Assembly: GCA_031431395.1 (NCBI GenBank)
Contig: JANPDJ010000026.1
Span: forward strand, 1-59,639
Length of the DNA: 59,639 nucleotides
DNA from: Chloroflexota bacterium
GTDB taxonomy: Bacteria > Chloroflexota > Limnocylindria > Limnocylindrales > CSP1-4
Direction of reading: 5' to 3'
Part shown: positions 29,782 to 39,443 of the stretch, piece by piece
How positions within the stretch are numbered: the stretch's first letter is position 1
Layout of the letters: each line of letters opens with the position of its first letter
The notes under the pieces: model-generated
What the model was told of the DNA's origin: nothing
Databases searched by the model: none
Seen by the model: only the letters and a program-made list of their open reading frames with translations
Position numbers and translations under genes: made by a program

Positions 29782-30890
29782 CGCGCATCGCCGCCCCGGC
29801 GACGATCCGGTGGCGCAGGCGGCAGCGAGCCGCCGGACCGGCGCGAAACGGCGTAGAAGGCGAGTCCGGCGACCACGACGAAGGCCGCGAAGGCGGATAC
29901 CTGCGCCGCGCCCGAGAGCACGAATGCCAGGACTGCCAGTCCCACGCACAGCGCGTAAATGAGCAGCACGGTCTGGGTGTGCGAGAGCCCCAGGTCCAGC
30001 AGGCGGTGGTGAATGTGACCGCGGTCCGGCGTGAACGGCGACCGGCGGGCGGCGAGACGCCGGACGATGATCCAGAACGTGTCGATGATCGGGACGCCCA
30101 GGACCAGCATCGCGACGGCCACCTTGGCGGTCCCAAGGATTGACAGCACCGCGAGGGCGTAGCCGACGAACATCGTGCCGCTCGTGCCCATGAAGATGGT
30201 CGCCGGGTGGAAGTTCCAGCGGAGGAACCCGGCCAGCGCTCCGGCAAGCGCGAAGCACAGCACAGCGACGTACGGCTGGCCGACCGCCACGGTGAGCGAG
30301 ATCACGCCCAGGGTGACGGCCGCGATCAGCCCTACGCCGGACGACAGGCCGTCAAGACCGTCGATCCAGTTGATGCTGTTGATCATCCCGAGGATCCAGA
30401 ACATGGTGAAGACGCCCGCGAACCCGTCGAGGAACAGCAGCCCAGGTCCCAGCGGGTTGTTCACGAAGGCCACGGTGATGCCGATGAGGACCGTGCCGAG
30501 GGCGAGAAGGACTTGGCCCAGGCCCTGCCAGCGCGCCCGGAGCTGGAAGTAGTCGTCTGCGGCGCCGATGACGGCGGCCGCCGCACCGCCGCCCAACAGG
30601 GCGACCATCTCCGGAAGCCCAATCGATTCGGGCATCGGGATGAGGTCCAGCTGCTGGTTCACCAGCGTCAGCGCAATGACGACGCCAACGAACGTGCCCG
30701 CAATGGCCAGGCCGCCGCCTCGCGGGATCGGGGCGACGTTCACCCGACGTTCGCCCGGCAGATCCACGACCGAGTACCGGTGCGCCAGCCGCCGCACGAG
30801 CGGTGTGAGCAGCACGGTCGCCAGGGCCGCCAGGAGGAACGCGACCGCCATCAGGGGAACCGCGTCCTGCCAGCTGGCGATGAGCCTCAT
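29772..30890 (-). CDS. wecA: MraY/WecA-family (GT4) undecaprenyl-phosphate GlcNAc-1-phosphate transferase
   Basis: About 10 TM helices and the motif NSINWIDGLDGL. It holds the conserved position between glyA and the atp operon. The start is set at the internal ATG 30890 (MRLIASWQD...). Confidence 0.8.
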   Translation of the reverse strand: MRLIASWQDAVPLMAVAFLLAALATVLLTPLVRRLAHRYSVVDLPGERRVNVAPIPRGGGLAIAGTFVGVVIALTLVNQQLDLIPMPESIGLPEMVALLGGGAAAAVIGAADDYFQLRARWQGLGQVLLALGTVLIGITVAFVNNPLGPGLLFLDGFAGVFTMFWILGMINSINWIDGLDGLSSGVGLIAAVTLGVISLTVAVGQPYVAVLCFALAGALAGFLRWNFHPATIFMGTSGTMFVGYALAVLSILGTAKVAVAMLVLGVPIIDTFWIIVRRLAARRSPFTPDRGHIHHRLLDLGLSHTQTVLLIYALCVGLAVLAFVLSGAAQVSAFAAFVVVAGLAFYAVSRRSGGSLPPAPPDRRRGGDARRV

Positions 30891-30945
30891 ACCCGGCGGT
30901 TCGCCCGCCAGTCGGCCGGAGCGGTGGGGCGACCGTCGCTCAGGA

Positions 30946-32271
30946 TCATGCGTTCGGGAGGCCCGGCACAGGGAAGCGGCCACAGATCTCGCGGACCTCG
31001 GCCGCGAGGCGCGCCTGTTCCGCCGGTTCGTCGCGCGCGCTGATCGCTTCGATGATCATGCGGCCGATCTCGCCGATCTCCTCCGGCCCGAACCCGCGGG
31101 TCGTGATCGCAGGGGTTCCCACCCGGATGCCCGATCCCACCGTGGGCGGGTTGGCGTCGAACGGGATCGTGTTCTTGTTCACGGTGATGCCGATCTCGTC
31201 GAGGAGTCGTTCCGCGTCGCGGCCGGTGACGCCGAGGGGGGTCACATCAACAAGCATGAGGTGGTTGTCGGTGCCACCCGAAACCAGTCGAGCGCCGTTC
31301 TTCGCGAGTGTCTCGGCGAGCAGACGCGCGTTGTCCACCGTCCGGCGCTGATCGGCCCGAAAGTCGTCCGTATCGGCCAGAAGGAGCGCGACGGCCTTCG
31401 CGGCGATGACGTGCATCAGGGGGCCGCCCTGGAGACCCGGGAACACGGCCCGATCGATGGCGGCTGCCAGCGTGGTCTTCACCTGCGGGAACCGAGTCCG
31501 GTCGATGCCCTCCGGCAGGTCGCGACGGCTGAAGATCAGGCCGCCCCGCGGCCCACGCAGCGTCTTGTGCGTGGTGGTGGTCACGATGTCCGCGTGACCG
31601 AACGGCGTGGGATGCAGCCCAGCGGCAACGAGGCCGGCGATGTGCGCCATGTCCACGAACAGGAGCGCGCCCGCGGAGTGCGCGATCCGGCCGAGCCGTT
31701 CGAAATCGATGATGCGCGGGTAGGCCGTGGCGCCGGCGACGATCATCTTGGGGCGGACCTCGCCGGCCATCCGCTCGATTTCGTCATAGTCGAACCGTTC
31801 CGTCTCGCGGTCCACCCCGTATGCATGGATGTCGTACAGGCGGCCTGAGAAGTTCAGGCCCATGCCGTGAGTGAGGTGTCCGCCATGGGAAAGATTGAGA
31901 CCCATGACGCTGTCGCCGGCATCAAGTACGGCGAAGTAGGCCGCGAAGTTCGCCTGCGCTCCGGCATGGGGCTGCACGTTCACATGTTCGGCGCCGGGGA
32001 ACAGGGCCAGCGCGCGATCCTGCGCGAGGCGCTCCACCACGTCCACGAACTCGCAGCCGCCGTAATAGCGCTTGCCAGGCAGGCCCTCGGCGTACTTGTT
32101 CGTGAGCCAGGAGCCCTGGGCTTCCATGACCGCCGCGAACGTGTAGTTCTCGCTGGCGATCAACTCGATCTTCCAGCGCTGGCGGTCACGCTCGCCCACC
32201 ATCGCGGACCAGAGAGCGGGGTCGACGTCGGCGAGCTGCGCCCAGGCGAGGCGCGAGGAATTCGCGATCAC
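30946..32271 (-). CDS. glyA: Serine hydroxymethyltransferase
   Basis: Motifs [11 protein letters not shown] and [14 protein letters not shown] (PLP Lys). The GTG at 32271 is preceded by GGAAAGGAGG 8 nt upstream. The track ORF extension to 32781 was rejected. Confidence 0.92.
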   Translation of the reverse strand: MIANSSRLAWAQLADVDPALWSAMVGERDRQRWKIELIASENYTFAAVMEAQGSWLTNKYAEGLPGKRYYGGCEFVDVVERLAQDRALALFPGAEHVNVQPHAGAQANFAAYFAVLDAGDSVMGLNLSHGGHLTHGMGLNFSGRLYDIHAYGVDRETERFDYDEIERMAGEVRPKMIVAGATAYPRIIDFERLGRIAHSAGALLFVDMAHIAGLVAAGLHPTPFGHADIVTTTTHKTLRGPRGGLIFSRRDLPEGIDRTRFPQVKTTLAAAIDRAVFPGLQGGPLMHVIAAKAVALLLADTDDFRADQRRTVDNARLLAETLAKNGARLVSGGTDNHLMLVDVTPLGVTGRDAERLLDEIGITVNKNTIPFDANPPTVGSGIRVGTPAITTRGFGPEEIGEIGRMIIEAISARDEPAEQARLAAEVREICGRFPVPGLPNA

Positions 32272-32459
32272 GAGGTCGGCCTCCTTTCCGGGTCCGCCGC
32301 GGTGCCATCCGGGCGCCCATCGCCCGGCGATGCCGACCGCATTCGGATCGGCGCCGGCCAATCCTCCCACAACCGGGCGCGGGGCGGCATCGCCGCTCCC
32401 AGCCGCTGCTGCTGCTCCCACGGCTCCCGGCCCTCCCGCGGCTGGAGGATGATCTGCCG

Positions 32460-33317
32460 GTGACAACGCGGTTTCGCCTTGCCCTCGCCATTGCGACAGC
32501 GCTGTTCGCGACGATCGGTGCCGCCGTCGTGCCCGCCGGCGCGATGCCGACTGCCGCCGCGGGCCCTCCGGCCGCTCTGGCAGGTGCGGCAGCCCGGACG
32601 TGGCACCTCGTGGCCCTTGGCGACTCCATCCCCTACGGCGGCTCGTACTGCGGGTACTGCCGGCCGTACCCGTCGTTCCTCGCGGCGTCACTCGCCCGCC
32701 AGAGCGGGCATCCGGTGTCGGTCGCCAATCTTGCAGTGCCCGGGCTGACCACGGCCCGGCTGCTCGAGAACCTCCGGACACGCGCCACTCTCCGGCGCGC
32801 GATCGCGGGCGCAGACATCGTGACGATCACCATCGGCCACAACGGCACGCCGTGGAACAGCCGCCACGATTCGTGCGACGGCCGGCGCGCGTTCTTCCCC
32901 CCGTACCGGGACGCCCGGTGGTCCACCTACGCCGGCCCGTGCCTGGCCCGGGAGGCCGACGCGCTGAAGGCCCGCCTCGGATCAATCCTGGCCGTGATCC
33001 GCGCCCTGCGGGCGGGCCTGCCCACGCTGATCGAGGTCACGACCGACTGGAACCAGGTGATCGGGCAGGCGGGCGTGACGACATCGGCCCGACGGGCATC
33101 GAAAACCGTCCTCGAACGCTTCGCGGAGGTGACCTGCGCGGCCGCACGGGCTGCCTCGGCCCGCTGCGGCGACGTGTACCACGCGTTCAACGGCCCAAGC
33201 GGCACCCTCAGCGCCGGCTCATTGCTCGCAGCCGATCACGACCACGCCTCCCAGGCCGGTCACCGCGAAGTTGCGGGGCTCCTGGCCCGGTTCGGATACG
33301 CACCGCTGGTCCGATAG
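32460..33317 (+). CDS. Secreted SGNH/GDSL-family hydrolase
   Basis: A signal-peptide-like N-terminus, block [13 protein letters not shown], and a C-terminal DHDHAS (block V-like DxxH). Confidence 0.75.
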   Translation: MTTRFRLALAIATALFATIGAAVVPAGAMPTAAAGPPAALAGAAARTWHLVALGDSIPYGGSYCGYCRPYPSFLAASLARQSGHPVSVANLAVPGLTTARLLENLRTRATLRRAIAGADIVTITIGHNGTPWNSRHDSCDGRRAFFPPYRDARWSTYAGPCLAREADALKARLGSILAVIRALRAGLPTLIEVTTDWNQVIGQAGVTTSARRASKTVLERFAEVTCAAARAASARCGDVYHAFNGPSGTLSAGSLLAADHDHASQAGHREVAGLLARFGYAPLVR

Positions 33318-33340
33318 CGGGACGCGGAACGATCCCTTCG

Positions 33341-34042
33341 TCAGGTGCGGGGCTTGTGCCGCCTGGACGGGCCCCGATCCGGTGCGACATCGCTGCCGGG
33401 CAGTTCGTGCGGCAGGCCCGCAGCATCGAGAAGGGCCGCGAGGGCGGCCGCCGCGATCGCGCCCTCGCGCAGGAGGCGCGGCAGGTCCGTGGAGCAGTCA
33501 ATGACAGTGGATGGCTGGTCGCTCCGGGCAGGCCCCCCGTCCAGCACAAGGTCCAGCGCGTGACCCAGCACGGCCACCACCGCGTCCGCCGTCCCGGCGG
33601 TGGGCGAGCCCGAGCGATTGGCGGACGTGACGGGCAGCGGCCCGACGGCGGCGGCGAGGGCGCGCGGCGCCGGATGATCGGGCAGGCGGACGCCGATGGT
33701 CGGGACTCCGGCCGTCAGAACGGGCGGAAGCGCTGCGCCGGGCTGCTGCCGAAGGACCAGCGTGAGGCCGCCCGGCCAGCAGGCCGCAGCGAGCACCCGG
33801 GCCGCCGTCCCGAAGACGCCGACCTCGCTCGCCTGTTCGAGTTCGGCCAGGAGGAGCATGATGGCCTTATCGGGCAGGCGGCCTTTGGCTTCGAACAGCC
33901 GCTCGATCCCCCGGGGCGCATCAAGGGCGACGCCGATCCCGTAGACGGTGTCCGTGGGGAGCCCAACGAGGCCCCCGCCGCGCAGCACGGCGATCGCGTC
34001 GCGGCGACCTGCCGCATCGTCGATGACCAGGCGCGCAGTCAC
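33341..34042 (-). CDS. tsaC: L-threonylcarbamoyladenylate synthase (Sua5/YrdC/YwlC family)
   Basis: Motifs PTDTVYGIG, FEAKGRLPDKAIMLL, VRLPDHP, TSANRSG, STVIDC. Confidence 0.85.
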   Translation of the reverse strand: MTARLVIDDAAGRRDAIAVLRGGGLVGLPTDTVYGIGVALDAPRGIERLFEAKGRLPDKAIMLLLAELEQASEVGVFGTAARVLAAACWPGGLTLVLRQQPGAALPPVLTAGVPTIGVRLPDHPAPRALAAAVGPLPVTSANRSGSPTAGTADAVVAVLGHALDLVLDGGPARSDQPSTVIDCSTDLPRLLREGAIAAAALAALLDAAGLPHELPGSDVAPDRGPSRRHKPRT

Positions 34043-34908
34043 GCCGATGCCTTCGCCACCCCGCGTCGACGGCCGGGGTGGAGGATGAGGTCCTCGATCA
34101 TCTGGGCGGCGCCTTCGTCGGCGAGTGGCGGGGCGATGTACCGCGCGACTGCCTGGACTGGCGCCGGGGCACCGGCCATCGCCACTCCGTGGCCCGCTTC
34201 GGCGAGCATCTCGAGATCGCCGTACTGGTCGCCGATGGCCATCGTCTGCGAGAGCGCAACCCCGGCTCGCCGGGCAAGCCAGCGCAGCGCGCGGCCTTTC
34301 GTGACCCCGGGCGCCACGAATTCCAGGTACCGGGGGTGGCTGACCGTCGGCTGCGCTCGCGCCCCGAACAGCGCTCGGGCCGGGCCGAGCGCGTCCACGG
34401 GCCCCGGCTCGTCACCCACGGCAATGATCTTCGTGACCGGCCCGGAGATCCAGGCCGCAAGGTCCGGTGCGAGGACGGCACGCACACCGAGGAAGGCCGA
34501 GTAGTCGTCCGCCCGGGGATCGTCGGCACGGATCACCAGCCGCTCAAGGTGGTTGATGTGCGGGTCGAACCCGCGGACGTCGCGCGACCACAAGAGGGCT
34601 TCGCGGGCGACGTCCGCCGCGAGCGGCGTGTGCCGGAGCAGACGGCCCGGTCCGCGAACCCCGGGCCCCGGCATCTCGCGGATCACAGCGCCTTGCTGCG
34701 CGACGATGGGCTCCGTGAGACCCAGCACCAGGGCAAAGTCCCTCGCACTCGTGGCCATACGACCGGTCACGAGTGACACGGAGACGCCACGCTCCATTGC
34801 GCCGCGGATCGCGGCCACCGTCCGGTCCCTCAGCGCGAGATCGCCCCCCACAAGCGTCCCGTCGATGTCCAGCGCCAGCAAGCGGATCGGAAAGACCGGC
34901 GCCGGCAC
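34039..34908 (-). CDS. Cof-type HAD-IIB phosphatase
   Basis: Motifs LALDIDGTL, VSLVTGR, AIGDQYGDLEML. The GTG start at 34908 lies next to the prmC stop. The longer track ORF overlaps prmC and was trimmed. Confidence 0.7.
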   Translation of the reverse strand: MPAPVFPIRLLALDIDGTLVGGDLALRDRTVAAIRGAMERGVSVSLVTGRMATSARDFALVLGLTEPIVAQQGAVIREMPGPGVRGPGRLLRHTPLAADVAREALLWSRDVRGFDPHINHLERLVIRADDPRADDYSAFLGVRAVLAPDLAAWISGPVTKIIAVGDEPGPVDALGPARALFGARAQPTVSHPRYLEFVAPGVTKGRALRWLARRAGVALSQTMAIGDQYGDLEMLAEAGHGVAMAGAPAPVQAVARYIAPPLADEGAAQMIEDLILHPGRRRGVAKASA

Positions 34909-34909
34909 C

Positions 34910-35809
34910 TCAGGCGACCCCGCGGGACACGATGGCCACCCGCGGATGGTCGGCGAGGTCCGGCTCCACTCGACAGGTCCAGCCGGGCAGCACGCGCCCC
35001 ACGAGCCCTCGCATGTCCTCGGCCTGATCGGATCCGATCTCGAACATCGCCACCCCGCCCGCGGCCAATGCATCCGGGAGCTGCCGCATCAGCCGTTCGA
35101 TGATCGAGAGCCCCCCGTCGCCGCCATCGAGCGCCACCACCGGCTCAAACGACGCGGCGACCGGAAGCGTCGGGACCACCTCCGAACGCACGTACGGAAG
35201 GTTGGCCACGATGACGTCGAGGGGCGCGATCCCCGCCGGGAGCAGGTCGGCCACGTCGAAGCGGATCACATCGGCCACGCCGTGGCCCACGGCATTCTCC
35301 TTCGCCAGTTGCAGGGCATCCTCCGAGATGTCGGTCGCGAAGAGCGACACCTCGGCCGCCGCACCCCGGCGTCGCAGAGTGACGGCCAGGGAAACCACGA
35401 TCGTGCCCGCACCGGTACCCACGTCGGCCATTCGCAGCGCAGGCGTGCCCGGCGGCCGAGGTGCGGCTGTCAGCCGCCGCACGGTTTCCTCGAGGGCGAG
35501 TTCGACCAGGACCTCCGTCTCCGGACGGGGGATCAGCGCGCGTGAATCCGCCGAGAAGGCAAGGCCGTAGAACTCCTTGACGTTCCGGATGTAGGCCACC
35601 GGCTCGCCGCGGAGCCGGCGCACGAGGTTGCGCTCGAAGGCCGCCGCGGCATCGACGCCGACGGGAGCCTCGGGGTGCGCCACGATCGCCGTCCGGCCAA
35701 CGCCGACGGCATGGCCCAACAGGAGCTCCGCGTCCAGGCGTGGGCTCTCCGAGCCGGAATCGCGCAGCCTCGCGACAGCGTCCGCGAGGAGCTGCCCCAC
35801 CTTGACCAT
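34910..35809 (-). CDS. prmC: Release-factor glutamine N5-methyltransferase
   Basis: SAM motif ADVGTGAGTI and catalytic IVANLPYV (NPPY-type). It lies directly downstream of prfA. Confidence 0.88.
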   Translation of the reverse strand: MVKVGQLLADAVARLRDSGSESPRLDAELLLGHAVGVGRTAIVAHPEAPVGVDAAAAFERNLVRRLRGEPVAYIRNVKEFYGLAFSADSRALIPRPETEVLVELALEETVRRLTAAPRPPGTPALRMADVGTGAGTIVVSLAVTLRRRGAAAEVSLFATDISEDALQLAKENAVGHGVADVIRFDVADLLPAGIAPLDVIVANLPYVRSEVVPTLPVAASFEPVVALDGGDGGLSIIERLMRQLPDALAAGGVAMFEIGSDQAEDMRGLVGRVLPGWTCRVEPDLADHPRVAIVSRGVA

Positions 35810-35828
35810 CGTCAGGATCGACTCGCTG

Positions 35829-36941
35829 TCACGCGGCCCCCTCGACCAGCGTCCGCAGACGCTCGGCCTGGTCAGTGGTGATGAGCGCGTCGATCAACTC
35901 GTCGAGCCCGCCCTCCAGGACGGCCGGAATGTTGTGGACCGTGAGGCCGATCCGGTGATCCGTGACCCGATCCTGCTGGAAGTTGTAGGTGCGGACCTTA
36001 TCGGCTCGCTCGCCCGCTCCAACCATGCTGCGCCGGGCAAGTGAATCTGCCTCACGCTTCTTCTTCTGCTCCATTTCCAGGAGGCGCGACCGGAGCACGG
36101 CCATCGCCTTCGCCTTGTTCTTGTGCTGGCTCTTCTCGTCCTGGATCTCCACCACGAGGCCTGAGGGGAGGTGGGTGATCCGCACCGCCGAGTCCGTGGT
36201 GTTCACCGATTGGCCGCCGGGTCCGGACGACCGCTTGACATCGATCCGGAGATCGCGCTCCTCGTCGATGGCGATCTCGACTTCATCTGCCTCGGGCATC
36301 ACGATCACGGTGACGGTGGAGGTGTGGAGGCGCCCGCTGGATTCCGTGGTGGGCACCCGCTGGACGCGATGCACGCCGCCCTCGAATTTCAACCGGCTGT
36401 ACGCCCCATCGCCGTTGATCTGGACGATGGCTTCCTTCACGCCGCCGATGCCGGTCTCGTTGAGGTTCAACACCTCCGCCTTGAACCGTCGTCGTTCCGC
36501 GTAACGGAGGTACATCCGGAGCAGTTCGGCCGCAAACAGGGCCGCTTCTTCGCCACCCGCGCTGCCGCGGATCTCCATGATCACGTTGCGGTCGTCGTTC
36601 TGGTCGCGCGGCAGCAGGAGCACCTTCAGCTGCTCGATCTGCCGCTTCTCGTCGGTCTCCAGCCGCTCCATCTCGTCGCGCGCCATGTCGCGCAGCTCGC
36701 CGTCGCTCTCCGTGTCACGCACCTCTCGCGCGCCCCGCAGCTCATCGCGAGTTGCCTCCAGCCGCCGGAATGCGTCCACGACCGGCTCCAGCTGCGCGGC
36801 TTCCCGACCCAGCCGGCGCAGGGCATCGGGGTCACCCGAGACCTCGGGTTGGGACAGCTCCACGTTCAGCGCGTCGTACTGGCGGGCAACGTCGAGCAGC
36901 TTGGCGTCGATATCCGTGCGCGGACGATCTCCGTCCGTCAT
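35829..36941 (-). CDS. prfA: Peptide chain release factor 1
   Basis: GGQ motif SSGPGGQSVNTT and recognition loop RVPTTESSGRLHTS. Confidence 0.95.
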   Translation of the reverse strand: MTDGDRPRTDIDAKLLDVARQYDALNVELSQPEVSGDPDALRRLGREAAQLEPVVDAFRRLEATRDELRGAREVRDTESDGELRDMARDEMERLETDEKRQIEQLKVLLLPRDQNDDRNVIMEIRGSAGGEEAALFAAELLRMYLRYAERRRFKAEVLNLNETGIGGVKEAIVQINGDGAYSRLKFEGGVHRVQRVPTTESSGRLHTSTVTVIVMPEADEVEIAIDEERDLRIDVKRSSGPGGQSVNTTDSAVRITHLPSGLVVEIQDEKSQHKNKAKAMAVLRSRLLEMEQKKKREADSLARRSMVGAGERADKVRTYNFQQDRVTDHRIGLTVHNIPAVLEGGLDELIDALITTDQAERLRTLVEGAA

Positions 36942-37900
36942 GACCCAGCGGCGGGAGGCTGCACCTGCACACTGCTCGGGCTGCTCAACGCATCGAGCCG
37001 TTCACGCGGCAGATCCGCGCTCCCCTCGGGGATCGACTCGCCGTCGGCCAGGAGCGCCTGCTCCATGGACACGATGGCGACCTCGATCTGATCGTCCGTT
37101 GGCTGCTTGGTGGTGATCATCTGGACCCAGATGCCCGGCAGGTACAGCGCCCGGATCAGCGCGCTCCCGCGATGCCTCGCGCCGAACCGCAGGATCTCGT
37201 AGCCCACCGCCGCGATCGCCGGGATCAGGGCGACGCGACTGAGGATCATGAAGATGGGGTCCTGCCGCCCGATCAGCGAGAACGCCACGATGGACAGGAT
37301 GATCACGATGACAAGGAATTCGGTCCCACAGCGCGGATGGGCCGTGGGATACCGGCGCACGTTCTCCGTGGTGAGGGCATCGCCACGCTCGAGGGCGTGG
37401 ATCGTCATGTGCTCCGCGCCGTGGTACTGGAAGACGCGCCTCACGTCGCCGGCCTGTGAGATCAGCAGCAGGTAGCCGATGAACAGCACGACCCGCACGA
37501 GTCCCTCGACCAGGTGCTGGGCGAGGTCGCCCTGGCCTCCGGTGGCCGCGCTCGCCACGAGCAGGGGAAGCAGGAAGAAGATGCCAATCACGGCCACCAT
37601 CGTGATGAGCAGCATGATCGCGACGCTGCCCTTGCCCAGTTCCACGCCCTCTTCCTCGGCCTGGACTCCGGCCGAGCGGACGAGCCACCGCGAACCGACG
37701 ATCAGGGTTTCGTAGAGGACAACGAGACCGCGGACGAACGGCAGCTTCGCCGCCCGCGAGCCGTGAAAGCCCGAATCGAGTCGCTCTTCGGCCCAGACGA
37801 TCCGGCCGCTGGGGTGGCGGAGGGCAACCGCGATCGCGTCACGACCGCGCATGAGGACGCCCTCGACCAGGGCCTGGCCGCCGTAGGTATATCGAGCCAT
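36938..37900 (-). CDS. DUF1385-domain membrane protein
   Basis: YGGQALVEGVLMRG...YHGAEHM pattern. It holds the conserved position between rpmE and prfA. Confidence 0.8.
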   Translation of the reverse strand: MARYTYGGQALVEGVLMRGRDAIAVALRHPSGRIVWAEERLDSGFHGSRAAKLPFVRGLVVLYETLIVGSRWLVRSAGVQAEEEGVELGKGSVAIMLLITMVAVIGIFFLLPLLVASAATGGQGDLAQHLVEGLVRVVLFIGYLLLISQAGDVRRVFQYHGAEHMTIHALERGDALTTENVRRYPTAHPRCGTEFLVIVIILSIVAFSLIGRQDPIFMILSRVALIPAIAAVGYEILRFGARHRGSALIRALYLPGIWVQMITTKQPTDDQIEVAIVSMEQALLADGESIPEGSADLPRERLDALSSPSSVQVQPPAAGS

Positions 37901-37962
37901 GCCCGGAAGTCTAGCGGGTGTCGCCCGGTGGACCCGTCAGCCGATGGTCCCGTTACGAGAAC

Positions 37963-37984
37963 GACCCCCGGCAGGCCGGGGGTC
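37963..37984 (-). terminator. 9-bp GC hairpin 26 nt downstream of rpmE (terminator/attenuator candidate)
   Basis: GACCCCCGG / CCGGGGGTC with a 4-nt loop and no clear U-tract. Confidence 0.35.
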
Positions 37985-38009
37985 GTGGGGATTCCTGTCG
38001 GGTCCTGGG

Positions 38010-38222
38010 TCAGGCGCGGGCGGAACGCTCCAGCCGCCGGTGGAAGCGCTCCACCTGGCCGGCCGTGTCCACGATGGTCTGCTTGCCGGTGTAGAACGGG
38101 TGGCAGTTGCTGCAGACGTCCACGCGGAGTTCCTGCCGGGTGCTGCCCACCGTGAAGACGTTGCCGCACGACGCGCAGTGGACGGTTGCCTGGTAGTACT
38201 TGGGATGCCCTTTGGGCTTCAC
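38010..38222 (-). CDS. rpmE: 50S ribosomal protein L31 (Zn-binding type)
   Basis: [23 protein letters not shown]...[15 protein letters not shown] start with GGAGGAG upstream. Confidence 0.92.
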   Translation of the reverse strand: MKPKGHPKYYQATVHCASCGNVFTVGSTRQELRVDVCSNCHPFYTGKQTIVDTAGQVERFHRRLERSARA

Positions 38223-38311
38223 GGTGATCTCCTCCGCGCCGTCGGTCGAGGTCTGCGCCCCGCCGTGGTCGTGGCTATGGCCGGCACAGTCCGGCCGGGA
38301 TGGAAGCGCCG

Positions 38312-38617
38312 CTACGCCTCGGCTGCGGCCGCCGGGGCGGTCTGACTGGCCTGCGAGGCGGCCTCGACGGTCTCGATCCGGACACGCTTCTTGTCGCGCC
38401 GGGCATGTTCGAAGCGAACCTTGCCGGTGGTCGTCGCGAAGACCGTGTAGTCGCGACCCAGCTGGGTGCCGGTGCCGGCGAGGAACGTCATGCCGCGCTG
38501 TCGGACGAGGATGGAGCCGGCGTTCACGAGCTGGCCGTCACCGACCTTGACGCCGAGGCGCTGGCCGACGCTGTCGCGGCCGTTCTTGACGCTGGAGCCT
38601 GCCTTCTTGTGTGCCAT
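38312..38617 (-). CDS. rpmA: 50S ribosomal protein L27
   Basis: [24 protein letters not shown]...GSILVRQRG. Confidence 0.95.
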   Translation of the reverse strand: MAHKKAGSSVKNGRDSVGQRLGVKVGDGQLVNAGSILVRQRGMTFLAGTGTQLGRDYTVFATTTGKVRFEHARRDKKRVRIETVEAASQASQTAPAAAAEA

Positions 38618-38626
38618 ATGCGGCTC

Positions 38627-39259
38627 CTAGGTCTCTTTCTTGGGCCGCGCCGCACGGGCGGGCTTGGTGGTTGTCTCGGCGGGAGCAGCCTTGGGGGTGC
38701 TCCGAGTCCGCTTCGGTGTCTCTGCCGCGGCGCTACCCGAAGCGGCCGGAGCAGCGTCGCTGCCCGCACGTCCCCTGCCACGCGCCGGCTTCGCCTGGGC
38801 GGCTGGAACGGCTGGGGCCTGGGCGGCCAGCCGGGCGGCCAGCTCCTGGTCCGCGGCGGCCTGCCGGGCGGCGACCTCGCGCAACTGCTGCGCCTCCGCC
38901 TCCCGCTGCTCCTTCGCCAGGCGCGCGTCTTCCGCGGCGCTCCGGTCACCAAGGCGCACGTCGGTCACGCGCAGGACGGTGAGCTCCTGCCGATGGCCCT
39001 TCTTGACGCGGCTCCGGGCCTTGGGCCGGTACTTGAACGAGATCAGCTTCTCCCCGCGGTCCTGGCGGAGCACCTCCGCGCTGACCACCGCTTCCGTGAC
39101 GAGCGGTCGGCCGACCGATGCCGTGGCACCGTCCGCAACCAGCAGGACGCGGTCCAGCGTGATGGCCTGGCCCGGCTCTACCTCAAGACGCTCGACTTCG
39201 AGCTCGGTGCCGACCTCTACGCGGTACTGCTTGCCGCCGGTCTCGATTACTGCGTACAT
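38627..39259 (-). CDS. rplU: 50S ribosomal protein L21 with a roughly 105-aa Ala/Glu/Arg/Lys-rich C-terminal extension
   Basis: MYAVIETGGKQYRVEVG...KLISFKYRPKARSRVKKGHRQELTVLRV, followed by a low-complexity tail. Confidence 0.9.
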   Translation of the reverse strand: MYAVIETGGKQYRVEVGTELEVERLEVEPGQAITLDRVLLVADGATASVGRPLVTEAVVSAEVLRQDRGEKLISFKYRPKARSRVKKGHRQELTVLRVTDVRLGDRSAAEDARLAKEQREAEAQQLREVAARQAAADQELAARLAAQAPAVPAAQAKPARGRGRAGSDAAPAASGSAAAETPKRTRSTPKAAPAETTTKPARAARPKKET

Positions 39260-39358
39260 GGATCCTCAGGAAGGTGACAGCTGGACGCTCGTGGTGAGCC
39301 TGCGCCCGCGCCGCGTGGGCAGCATGGAGCGTCCGGGACGGCCCGGGCGCGAAGCGGC

Positions 39359-39387
39359 AGTGTAGATTCCGCGCCGACAGGCGTCAA
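39359..39387 (-). promoter_or_regulatory. Candidate rplU promoter TTGACG-17 nt-TACACT
   Basis: The minus strand reads TTGACGCCTGTCGGCGCGGAATCTACACT. It predicts a 5' UTR of about 90 nt with mutually exclusive GC stems. Confidence 0.55.
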
Positions 39388-39443
39388 CTGACCCACTGGG
39401 CGCCTGGGAATGGCCGGCCTGGGATTGGCCCGGGACATGGCCG

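Noticed and set aside
32272-32459. A possible riboswitch (for example ZTP/pfl) or promoter in the glyA / SGNH-hydrolase divergent spacer.
   Set aside because: The spacer is extremely GC-rich, has no TA dinucleotide and contains a 7-bp hairpin (CCGGGCG...CGCCCGG). I could not match the conserved ZTP core by eye. A covariance-model scan is needed before making any claim.
32272-32781. A 170-codon N-terminal extension of glyA. N-terminal extensions of atpG, atpA, atpH, atpE, atpI, wecA, the HAD gene, mreD and secA in the ORF track were treated the same way.
   Set aside because: The conserved N-termini begin at internal start codons preceded by good SD sequences or -10 elements. The extensions are low-complexity, and several would overlap neighbouring genes.
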